The translations under genes and the position numbers were made by a program. Source: Oculina patagonica (lineage: Eukaryota). From it: 64,000 bases of DNA. The notes beneath the pieces are model-generated. The model did not search any database and had not been told where the DNA came from. It was given only the letters and a program-made list of their open reading frames with translations. The stretch spans positions 1,054,001-1,118,000 of the forward strand of contig NC_135758.1 in NCBI RefSeq assembly GCF_052425735.1, written 5' to 3'. This document shows, piece after piece, positions 47,369 to 59,100 of the stretch. Position 1 is the stretch's first letter. The number at the start of each line of letters is the position of its first letter.

Positions 47369-48060
47369 ATCTTTTAAGCTGTTTTTACTGCGAAGCTATT
47401 GAACCGGGCATAAGTGTATCGTAAAATTGACAAGCACCTCTTAAGTGTGTTTAATAGATCCAAAACTGGCTAGCTGGTTAAAGAAAATTTTGTGTAATCG
47501 AACATAACTCCCAGCCTTCGTCTTGGATAATGACTCTATTGTTGTGTCCGCGTGGACAGAATATTGCAAACGCTGTTTTTAAGTCGCGAAATTAAGTGGA
47601 GTTTTCTTTGACGAGTAGACTGCGAGTTGTCTCCTTTTTTCCAAAAGGTTTTCTTTTAATAATTTATAGATTCAGTACGCTCTCGTGTAGAATATGCGCT
47701 GAGGAAAAGAGAGTGAATGCTCGCGAAGTCTGCGATAAATTTTGTCAAAAATGTTGGGGGCAAAACGAAAGGGAGGGTCGAGAAAATAAGCTTTTGTGCT
47801 ACTAAGATGTAATAAACAGTAATAAAAAAACATAACATGCTCCGATATTGTTTAGTTTTATTCGTAGCAAGAAATATTCGACACCAATTTAACATCTCAC
47901 ATCTACTATACGTGGTTGCAAAATCCTGTAACGTACGTTCCGCAAATAACTGAAGGAAAACAAGTAACGAGGAAGTTTGGTCGTGAAGCAGTCCTCACAA
48001 GGTCTCACATGAATGACTCGCTACCCTTCGATAAAACAGTTTAGAACAAACAACAGAAAA

Positions 48061-48453
48061 AGGCCTACTCTGGGACCCAAAGTCGCTGTAACTTTGGGCG
48101 ACTTTAGGCGATTTTAGCTTATTTTGTCCAAAATTACGGGCGATTTTGGGCGATTTAAGGCGATTTTGGGCGACTTTAGGCGACTTCGGGCGATTTTGAG
48201 CGACTTTAGGCAATTTTAGGTGACATTTTAGGCAATTTTAGGTGACCGACCTAAGTACAGTTGTGATATACATGTACATGAGAATCATCATGGTACACCA
48301 TAAAGCATTGTTACAAAAAATATCTATACTATTTGAAGCGACTTAGAGCGACTTTGGGCGACTTAAGGCGATTTGGGGGGACTTTAGGCGATTTTGGGCG
48401 ACTTTGGGCGATTTTGGGCGACTTTGGGCGATTTTGGGTCCCAGAGTAGGCCT
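48061..48453. mobile_element. MITE with internal 10-bp tandem repeats
   Basis: TIR AGGCCTACTCTGGGACCCAAA / TTTGGGTCCCAGAGTAGGCCT; AGAAAA flanks both ends; internal arrays of ACTTTGGGCG/ATTTTAGGCG. Confidence 0.85.
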
Positions 48454-48879
48454 AGAAAAATGCCCTTAGCTCCAAAAACAATAGCAACTGCTACATTAGA
48501 GGACCAGCATAATTAGAAGCTTAAGAGAGTTGTCACACTAAAAAGTTTATTGAGCAGTACAATGAATTCACACGTATGTTTTAGCACATTTCCTAACTAT
48601 TTTTTTACAAAACAACATGTACAAATTCTGAATTTTATGTAGAATGGCGAAATTTTCGTGTTTCCATTTGAACATTTCTTTTTACAGATAGCGAGAACTT
48701 CTACAAGTCGCCCAAAGACAAAAGTAAGTCGCCTGTGGCACCCGGGCTCTGCTAGAGCACAGCTCTGTAATCCGAAAACGAAAAACAATCGAAATTTATC
48801 CACAGACCATCCTGGTATATTTTGTTGTTCCATAAATAAATATTCACATCGATTAAAAATTTGGAGTTAAAACACTACG

Positions 48880-51800
48880 TCACGAATTTTCAAGTATGCA
48901 ATTAGCTTCGTGCTTGTCTGTTATCGTTTCGATTACTCCGTTCATTTTACTTTTTCGGCTTCTTTCTGCTTCTCTTTGCCTGGAAAAGGAATTTCAAAGA
49001 TTCATGAATTATTAAATAGAAAAAGAGGTTTCCACAGTTGCACGACAAGTTTTAAAAACTGAAGCATTTCCAAAGAAAGGGATTCGAACCACCGTGAACT
49101 TATGAAAACTTTTCACATTCATTGCCACAGAGTTGAAGTATAAAAGCCATAAACTACGCACTGTTACAACTTAATGATTTTTCAAAATCTGCGTTTCAGC
49201 TGGAGACTTTATCCTAAGTTTCAGAGCTAACTAAGTCATGGCTCAAATAAGTTGGAAAATTTGCCTAAGTAGTCGTTTTTCAAGTTTGTCTTTTGCAATC
49301 CGCGTTACCTCAACTCTCAAAACTTCATCACCATTGCTCGTTTGTGCCTTAATTTAGCTGTTCCGCGTTTTTCTTTCTTATTAAAATATTATTTTGATGT
49401 TCCTCTTCGAAAAAAAAAAATTCCCTCCCCCAATACGTTTTAAAAGAAACTTGCATTGTTGTTGAATACTTGTAATTTAACTTTGTATCTGTATGTATCT
49501 GGATATATAAAGCACAATTCCATCGCTCTACCAAATATTCCAAAGATTAAACTTTGTATTGATCACAAGATTGTCAAGAAGTGATTCAACTTACGCTCTT
49601 AACATGATTTCATCTTCATGGTCCTTATTGAAGTGTTCCACAGCACCATGTTTCAATTGAATTTGGCACAAGGCCCTGAGAGGCCGAATTAACACCTGAT
49701 GAATTAAACAAAATGGGATTACAATGAAACCAAGCCTTTGACCCGTTGACTGTGTAACTTTTTGTGTACACCATCTCAAACACACTTAATTTTGCCGGGA
49801 AAAAATATTTTGAGCTACATTACAACAAGGAGCCCAAAAGTGTGACCACTTTACATGTTTTTTCATTTCACATTCTTACCACTTATGTCCAGGATTGAAC
49901 GCAAGTATTGTTTAATAAGTACTTCATGTTTGACTGTGTTATTTGACATTTCCATATTACTTCTTATTTGACAAAATTTGGTGTGTTTTGGTGAACTTTT
50001 ATAAATGAGGACACTTTGTGATGCCTGTCATGAGGAACGTGCATGTCATTAGCGTTCAATCCTGGACATAGCTGGATGCTAGTCCATGGCAGGGTTACCC
50101 CAGCAGTAAAGTTGCCAGTGCCTATTTATACAGCTGGGTGGAGAGAGGCACTGTGAGAGTAAAGTGTCTTGCCCAAGAATACAACACAGTGACCCCGGCC
50201 AGGGCTCGCACCCAGACCAGTAGTATTTGCTGTTCTGTACAACAGTTTATTTAAAACATCCCACTCACCTCTGCAATTTCCTCATTATCCTCAAGAGCTG
50301 ATAAAGCTAAAGCAATGGCTTCAATGGTACACAAACTTTTACTATTGGGCTGAGTTCTGATCACATATTCACTAATGTGGTCATGTTCTAACTGAACCTA
50401 GAAATAATTATATCAAATGTTTAAATCAAATAGTACACATGTATGTAGAATTTGTACTTCAAAGAACGTGCTACAGCATTCACATGTATGAATACACTGT
50501 ATATTTACTGTTTGTGTCATAAAAAAATGTGGACATGAACAGTAAATCAACATGAACCGGGCACATAATAAACACTCACATTCAAGGTTGTGAACAAGTA
50601 AATACAACCCGTATGTAACACAAGAGAAGATGAGAAATACTGCTAAATTCTCAGGCCTTCAATTCAATGATGTTGGTTTCTGTAATTAAATTCATGTACC
50701 ATATTTTATTGAGCAGGCACCTAAGAGGCCTTTTTTTATTTATTTATTTTGCCAAAGAAATTGCAAACAATGATAAGTGTATATGGCAAAAGGATATCAT
50801 GTGAGGTGTTTACATTGTAACTTCTCTGTCATGTGCAGTGGTTCTCATCCCTTATCATGATCACCATTTTCATCACCTCACCACCACCCTTCTTCTTGCC
50901 TTGACAAACCCTCAGCTCTTGATGGTGAATTCCACATAACTTACTAACTGTGGCTTATCATACACAATAATGACCGAGGTAATAAAGCCTGTACATATAG
51001 AATTTTTCAGTGCGTACATGCAAGTACTGAGAGGAGAGTCAGTTACATTGCCATGGTGTAGGAAAAACTGTCCAACTACTATGACCAAATCAAAGTGTGG
51101 GAAATATTACATCATGGTTCTCTGTTAAAACTCACCTGCCTGGCCTGGCATAAGAATGGGTTGTTATTAAAAATATCTCTTGCTTGTCTCCACGTTCCAT
51201 CAAGGGCAATGATATCATAATGTTCTCCAGGGGGAGGTGGTCCCAGTGTTTTGATATTTACAGCTGTGCAAGATACAGTGCATAGGGAAAACAGACAATA
51301 AAATTAATAATTATTATTAAAAAAAGCATGCGGGTTATACACAAGACAAATAAAATTTTGATATTTGCATCAAGGCTGGTCATTGGCAGCTCAGTATGCA
51401 GTGTGCCACAATCCTGTAGAAATCAATACCACAAGCTGACGCATGTATGGCCTAAAGGGTGGATGTGAGCAGGATTAAAAAAGCTATTTGGCCTGTTCAC
51501 AACAGCAATTCATTTAGCATGCATAATTTAGATCCTTCACTCAGCCATTTTCTAAACTTTTCCACAAATCCATGCTCAACAAAGAATGTATGATAACAAA
51601 CTTATTGTCTGAGTTAGGTTGGGCCAGGCATGATAATATTTGGCTCTTAGTCATTTTACATCCATGGACCACACCGTGCTTGATCCATCAGCCATAACCA
51701 ACATGTACCGGTAGCTTGAGCCAAGAAAACTGAATTTTACTGTGTCAGGTCTTCCTATTCAGTCAATAAGGCCAAACTCTAGCACCAGCAATATCTATTT

Positions 51801-52929
51801 ATCAGTCTTCACCTTGGCACTGGTTTGAATAATTCTGTCTTAATTTTTTCTGAGTTACAAACCTGTTGGCCCAGGATATAAAAGAAGCGTCGTAGGCTTG
51901 TTGAGGAGTTTGTGAAGATCTGGCCAGTTATTTTCATAGAATCTTCTTCCACGCCGAATGACAAGTTTCTCTGGAGGTAAGCATGCCTCCAGTAACGGGA
52001 CAGTTGTCAAAAGCCGAGACTCCTGAGAAAAGAGAAAATACAACTTCTTTTTCTCTTCTCTACATCATCCACTCAGTTTTAAACTTAAAACATCAATTCC
52101 CATTACTAATATCTTTACCATTTTGTTAAAGGTTTTTTTTTATAAGAAATGAATTATACATCAAGTCAGTCTATCCTTATTATTCTTTTGTACCTGCCAT
52201 TGTTTATTTGAGGAACAATAGTATGGGTAAAATTTGTGATGTGTGTGCTACATAAGTGTTGTGGGTCAATTTTACCTATCGGAACAATCAAGTATTTTCC
52301 TTTGTTTTATATTCATTGTCATATATTAAAAAACACCAGAACAAAGAAAAATAGCAAATAGTAGCAAGGGTAAAATTGAACCACAACATGAGCAGGAAGT
52401 GCACTTCTACATGAGAAGTAAACACAGATTTCTTTTGAACAAAAATCGAGCATTAACTATAACAAACCTCACGAGGATGTTGCAATACGTGAATTGTTGT
52501 TGAGATTTGAAGAAACTTGCTTGGGAAATGAGCGCACAGACACACTGAAAGTGGTCTCCTGAAAAACAAATTAGGTACTTGCATTGAAACCTTAAAAGTT
52601 TTCGATCATCGGATTATGAAGACATGAAAAAGGAACCTGAAATACAAGCTTACGTGCACTGCATCCCCGTTTAACGGATAAGCGTTCACGTTCATATACA
52701 TGTATGGATCCGAAATGATGGGGGAGTTGTGTGAACTTGTGTCACGTGAAGGTTTGAAGTTGGAATTTCTTATGTTCTTGATCAGCAAATAGAACAGAAA
52801 GTATACTTGATGAAATTAAACTTACTTGCATCTCGCACACATGTCTCTTTTGTCTGGAGGGCTCAACGGAACATCAGCTAAATTGCGGAAAAAATCGAAA
52901 CCATCTTCGCTGTCTTCACGGTCCGCCAT
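48880..52929 (-). CDS. DTWD2: tRNA-uridine aminocarboxypropyltransferase 2 (DTW domain-containing protein 2), 7 exons
   Basis: Exons 52929-52826, 52558-52468, 52022-51863, 51263-51136, 50397-50269, 49695-49595 and 48979-48880, all GT..AG and in frame: CARCKRPLSVCLC..VLQHPRE-ESRLLTTVPLL..LLYPG..IIALDGTWRQA..EYVIRTQP..CTIEA..LIRPLRALCQIQ. Confidence 0.93.
50072..50218 (-). mobile_element. tRNA-derived SINE fragment in a DTWD2 intron
   Basis: GGATGCTAGTCCAT..GGGTGGAGAGAGGCACTGTGAGAGTAAAGTGTCTTGCCCAAGA..CCAGGGCTCG; same family as 7353-7580 and a degraded copy near 56955-57125. Confidence 0.7.
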
Positions 52930-53119
52930 CTTGAATGTAGTCTAATGGGAGTAACCGCTGAACAATGTGAATCCGCGGTTTTTTTCTAGAAGGACCAGCG
53001 GACTAACCCATGAGTGTCTCTGTCGCAAGTCGAGGCAAATATGGCGGCCTGTGAGAGCAGGAACTGGAGTTTGTATTGTTTTTAACTCAAAGATGAGACT
53101 GTGGTTTGATCTGTAAAGG
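52921..53119. promoter_or_regulatory. Compact bidirectional DTWD2/DMXL promoter with YY1-type motifs
   Basis: Start codons 191 bp apart; CCGCCATCTT overlaps the DTWD2 ATG and AATATGGCGGC lies at about 53038-48 in the opposite orientation. Confidence 0.65.
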
Positions 53120-56100
53120 ATGAAACTCCATCAAGTATTAACTGGAGCAACGAACACTTTCGATGACAAGGCTGCAATTGACGTTGGAAGTGTAGAGGAT
53201 CACCCGTTCACGGTAAAGTGCAAATTAAATAATTCGATCTTGGTGATTTGTAAGCTTACTTTCGATCAAACAGTATGCACACAAATAACAGCAGATGTTA
53301 AACGTATGAATAATACAACTGCTGATAAATAAAAGAAAATAGCACTGTGCCCTGCAGCTAGTTTGAGATTGTCTTTTAAAATGAAAGAAATTTATAACAA
53401 TTCCCGATATAAAACTCAACAACATGAGCTTTATTCAGAGAATTTTTGAAAACATTTTCCAATTTTTTCCTTTAGCTTAAAGCATATAAAACAAAAGTTC
53501 AGCATAAACGCTGAGACGTGTTGTTTTTTCAATCGATTTTGAAGTAATCCTTTTCTGACAAGTACATTTAATCAATTTACTGAAATTAAAACTACAGTAG
53601 CTGTAGACTGATATCTGACAAAAAATTAATAAAGAAAACCAAAATGTCAGTGAATGAAAGAATGATGTTACTTAATATCAGATTACTAAAAATCAGATTT
53701 GGTAAGGTCTTTAGTTTTGCCTGGGATCCTGGTTTTTTGATCAAGGCCTCCTAATGGCAAAGAAATTCTCCTGGCAAATTACGCAGGAAGTTATAACAAA
53801 ACAATGATATAGTTTGAATCAGAGTGCTATAAAATGTTTCAATGGTCAGTCTTAACGTTGTGTATGAAATCTTCATCTAGTGCAAGTAAACTTATTAATC
53901 AAGTTGTGATCTGAATGCAATTTAGATTCAGGATAAGCTTATCCGTCCGGCCCTATCCCCCACCAGGGGGCAAGGAACTGAGAGAAGCTTATCCGAAATA
54001 GCAACTTATAATGACAATTGAATTGTGTTGTCTTTTTTTTTTGTGCCAGGCCTATGCATCTGGCTGTGATGTTGTTATTCTGTTGAGTGGATTTACCAGA
54101 GTGCAGATTATCCCTGGTTCATTGTACGGCTATAAAGAAGTCAGCTGCATTGACTGTTGTGATTCTGATGGAAAGGTACAGGATGCAGTGCTGCTTACAT
54201 TAGTTCCTGTTGTTCATATTCAAAGCAATGTCACTTCTAATTTAACACTCAGTTTTCCAACCTGGAAAACCTCAGTGTTCCAACCTGGATGCTATCCTTT
54301 AGTGACAAATGTTCTCTCTCTTTAAATGGTGGTGTTAAAATTATGCAAAATAAATTTCATTTGACAGATTGCAGCATCTTATGGGAAGCAAGTTATAATA
54401 TTTGAGGCAAGATCGGCGTCATCCAGCAATAATCATGTGAGTGTTTTCTAATGGCTTTTTAAAGGATGAATTGATAAAAACTTAATTTTTGAATGTTTAA
54501 TCATCCAGTCCATTATTTTTGTTAAACGAATATTGATATTTTTTGCTTTTTTTAAGGGTTTTCCTTTTCATTGGGAAAAATCAGCAGAACTTTGTCTAAA
54601 CTTCAGGATCACTTGTTTGTCGTGGAACCGAGAAGGTAATTATAGAGAATTTGGCTCATCCTTGGTGTAAAAACCTGTGAAACTCACAAGTGATGTAAAA
54701 CAAAGAACGACCAAGACAATAAAGAAACAATGTATTTAAAGCAGGAAAACAATTGATTCAAAACAAAGAAAAATTTCACTAGTTTTTACACCAAGGCGAA
54801 CCTGAAAATTCAATGATACATGTACATGTGGGTCTGCATGTTGCTGCATGTTAATATTATACCGTAATTATGCTAATTAAATTTACAATGAATAAAACAA
54901 TCAATCATTATGTAGGCATTTATGGCTAAAAAAAGAAACAATCAGGTAATAAATCAATCGACAAAATTGATAGTCAGTCGCTTATGTCAACAAATCATTG
55001 TATACCTTTTGTTCAGTGACTCATACTATACAGAATGTCAAAAATAATTTTCAATTTGAAAAATAAATATTAAAGTTTCCCATTATATTACTAAAAATTA
55101 ATTAAAAAAAATACAGGAGAACATTTTGAGCTTTCTTTTCTGCAATACATGTTAGTTACCACTGACATTTCTTGTATAATTGTATATTCCAGGTAAACGG
55201 CTGCTTGTGGGTGGTGACTTTATTCAGCTGTGGAGCTGTGAAGAGTATCATGAACAAAGAAACTTGTTAGAGGAGAATGTGTTCTGGACATGTATTTGGG
55301 CATGCAAGTATGTAACTATACCTTGCAATTTGATTTTTTTTTCTTTTGGCACAATTTGTTTTTTCTTTTTTCTGGTTTGACATGCCCTATTTACTCGAAT
55401 AAGCGCCGCCCCCGAATAAGCGCCGCCCTCGAATAAGCGCCGCATCTGGGACAATAAAGTTAATAAGCACCGCCCCCGAATAAGCGCCGCAATCCCGATG
55501 CGGCGCTTATTTGAGAAATTCCGTTTAACTAAAAACAGCACTACATAGCAACTCTAAAACAAACTTGAAGATTTCTTTTCATCAAAAGTGATGTTTTGTA
55601 GTTCGAAGTAATTGTTTTACCGCTCGCACATTAGTTTTTCTATCCAACATTCTTACAAAACGCAGTTCTGTAAATGTGTGAAGGCCGCGAACTTTGCCAG
55701 AACAGCTAGCGCCTCTTCTCTCTTCAGCAAGAGACGAATACTGACAATCCAAAGATGCTATTTTCGATAACTACAAAATATAAGATTCTTTATGGCGTCC
55801 AAATTTTAAATAAGCGCCGCCCTCAAATAAGCGCCGCCCTCGATTAAGCGCCGCACTTGAGGCGCGAAAAATTTAATAAGCGCTGCGGCGCTTATTCGAG
55901 TAAATACGGTATGCATGGTAATATATGATAATGAATAGAAATTATATGAACATAAAATTGAACCCAGGACCAGCTGACAATTTGAGGTAGAATAATATAA
56001 AGGGAAGGGAAGTCCAAATAATTTCATTACCAGATATTCAAGGCAATCTGAAATAAACTAAGGAGAAATACACAATATTTTGGTTTTATTGCGAAAAATC

Positions 56101-59100
56101 ATCATCACTTTGGTGTGAGGTACAGGAAAAAAAGGCACAGATTATATGTATCACAGTCAGATATGTAAGTTTGCAAAAGAATTTCAAGAATGCTTAGCTA
56201 CAATGTTCAGGGTGAGATGCTATTTGCTGTACTCATTTTTTAAGAGAAAGCTACACGAATGCATGAAATGTTTAGGTCCAGTCAATTCAGTTCAATTTAA
56301 TTCTATTTTTACTCATTACAAAAACTTTATAGTCAGTCAAACGTCGCACATGATTTGAGCTGCAGTTTACTGGCACAACTATTGCCTGAAAGACTGGATG
56401 CCCATCAAGAACCGCTAGTTCTCCGGCCTTCCTTTGAGTTTGCACTAATTTGTGCTGTAGTTACTTGATCTTTAATAAATAAATTATTGCTCTGAATCAA
56501 AATCGAATAATTATTAATTATGCTTTCCTCTTTCATTTAGGCCTTCTGTTCCAGTCCACCTTCTCCAGTTTTCTCCAGATGGGCAGTATTTTTCTTCTGT
56601 TGGAAAGGTACATTGTGTTTGAATGACAGGAATAATTATTTGTCCTTTCTTTTCCCGACTTTGTAATTAGATCCCTGTGCTAATGGTGGACACCTCTGTA
56701 CTAATCAGTTTCTCTGTTATTTTAGCATGACCGACTTGTCAAAGTGTGGTTTGATAATAATCAAGGTAAGTGTCTATTGGTAGAGTGAAATTCTGTCAAG
56801 TTTATAATTTTTATAAAAATGTCATGTTCTTCTCAGTAATAATAGATGTACATACAACTACAGCTCTTGGTCATTGTCGTATGCCTAATAAAAATAAGCC
56901 AGCTGAAACTTTTTCTCAGATAAAGTCTAAAGGGTTACTACCACTATAAACATGATGGGGATGTTTTTCAGTGATGCCTCCACCCCCCTACCCCACCCAT
57001 AAAGTGTACCACCCAGCATTTTGCCTGGTTGCCTTAATAGCAATTCACTGGTACTCCAAAACACATCTGGATGGAGAGATGTATTGTGGCAGGGGCTTGT
57101 AGTTAAAATGCCTTGCTTAAGAACGTATCACAAAAAACGCTGAGGTGCAGTGTCTGGGTAGTATCATCTTAGGTCTGCAATGCGTACAAAGTTCTAAACA
57201 GCTACCCAGCCCTCTGCACATAATGTGTACTCAGCACGCACTGAATACCCCATGTCTTCCAGTGCAAGGTACTGTGTTATTGACTAACCATTTGCATAAA
57301 ACAATCACTGAGAGTTAAGTGGGAACATATTATAATTTTATTAAATCCTCTGGACATTTTTTTAGTCAATCCACAGTATGAGAATGAGGAGTTGCAGAAC
57401 ATGGACAAGTTTCAGAGCAATGGTATTTTAGACTACACGTTTGTGTACCTGGCACATCCTGGGCCCGTGACTGGAATTTCCTGGAGGAAAACCAGCAAAT
57501 ACATGCCTGTGTATGTAAATTTAAAATATTTTTTGGTGGAAAATTGCCTTTAAGTTTCCATTAATTTTAGCTTTTAAAAATGTTGAAGTTAACAATAGAG
57601 GATATACCTACCAACTAACTTTCATTTTGATGGCTGCTTTAATATTGTAAAGTACAGGGATAAAAGAGAATTACATTCCTGTCATCATCCGGGGGCAACT
57701 AGTTTTACGTGTCAGGCAAGTAACTTTTCATGGTTACTTGATCAGATAGCAAGGGTGCAGTCAAGCCATCTACCAACAAAAGTATGGTTTTAAAGCAAAA
57801 AAAAAAAAAAAAAAATTAAGACAAACTCATAACTGCCGTGGGCAACCAAGCTGAAATTCAAGATTTTTTCAATCCCTGTAAGTGGTGTTTTACTTATGGT
57901 TGTCATCATTTTTCTTTATCAGCTCTACTGTGGCTAACTGTCTGCTAACGTCCTGCACTGACAATGTTTGCCGCATCTGGTGCGAGTCAATCAAGCAAGG
58001 TGACCACAATGACTTACTTTCCCATCCCACAAAAAACCACCACAAGTGCTTGTGGCATTTATCCCAGCAGCCGAAAAAATCTCAAACAAAGGATGACCCA
58101 TCAGCTGATCCTCTACTAAGATACCAACTATCGTCATCATTGCAATTTCACATTGCTGCCGCAGTGAATGCTTTGAGTGATATCCCTCTGCTGTCCTCGC
58201 TTGATTCCATTTCTAACAACAATCACAGCAGTTTTGTTCTGCATTGGTTGAACAACAAGGAGATCCAGTTTACTATGGCAGCCGAGTCCTGTCTCGGCGC
58301 TCCTGTGCTTGCTTTGGAAGTGCAGAGTGTTGATGTTAGTGATGACTCTTCGATGAGTGGTAGTGAGGCAGAACTTTTGGTGCCGAGTGATGATGATGTT
58401 TTAGATTCTCCCAAGCGTAAGTATTGAAATGGTGCCTTCAATAATTTTCAGCAAACAGTGAACTGAAAGTGACTTCCTAGACTTTTTAGGTTTCACCATT
58501 AGTATACTGTAAACAGGGCGAGAAAGGTCAAAAAGACAATTAATGAGTGGATCATGTGGAGGGTGGTCTCTGCTGTGGTGCTCCCTTTTTTCCCACCCTG
58601 TACCCTAAAATGGAGTGTGTTCTTTAGAAAACAGGTAGAAAAAAGTGTAGCTGTTAACGTAAAGTTTTCTTATTGCATAATTGGTGCAACCTACATTAAT
58701 TGGAGTATTTGCAATCCAAAGTCCATTGTTACAGATTTTTGTGTACGAGATAGGAAAGAACAGTTTGTAAAAAATGGCATCCCTACTTTGTGTTTGGTCT
58801 TAAAAGTAAATAAGTATTTTCTCATGCTTAAACGTGCGATATTTCCACAGTAATTCGGGATTCCAGATAACGTTGTCTGCGGGAAATTGTCAACAGGCTG
58901 CTGTGTGCCTATCTGGGAATATCGGATTTAGGCACCTTTTGCTATTCATAACCAGCTTCCCCGAAACACTCTTTCTAGCGTATCTCGCGTTCTGTTTAAG
59001 ATTTTGCAATTATTCTTCCGACAAATGATTTACGAAAGTGTTTTCTCTAACTAAAGAGCAAAAAAAAAAAAAAAATGAAATGTTGACAATTTTGACCAGA

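Noticed and set aside
47995-48213. 72-aa repetitive ORF (PKVAQNRPKSPK..) resembling SPKK-type DNA-binding tails
   Set aside because: Translation of the 10-bp tandem array inside a MITE.
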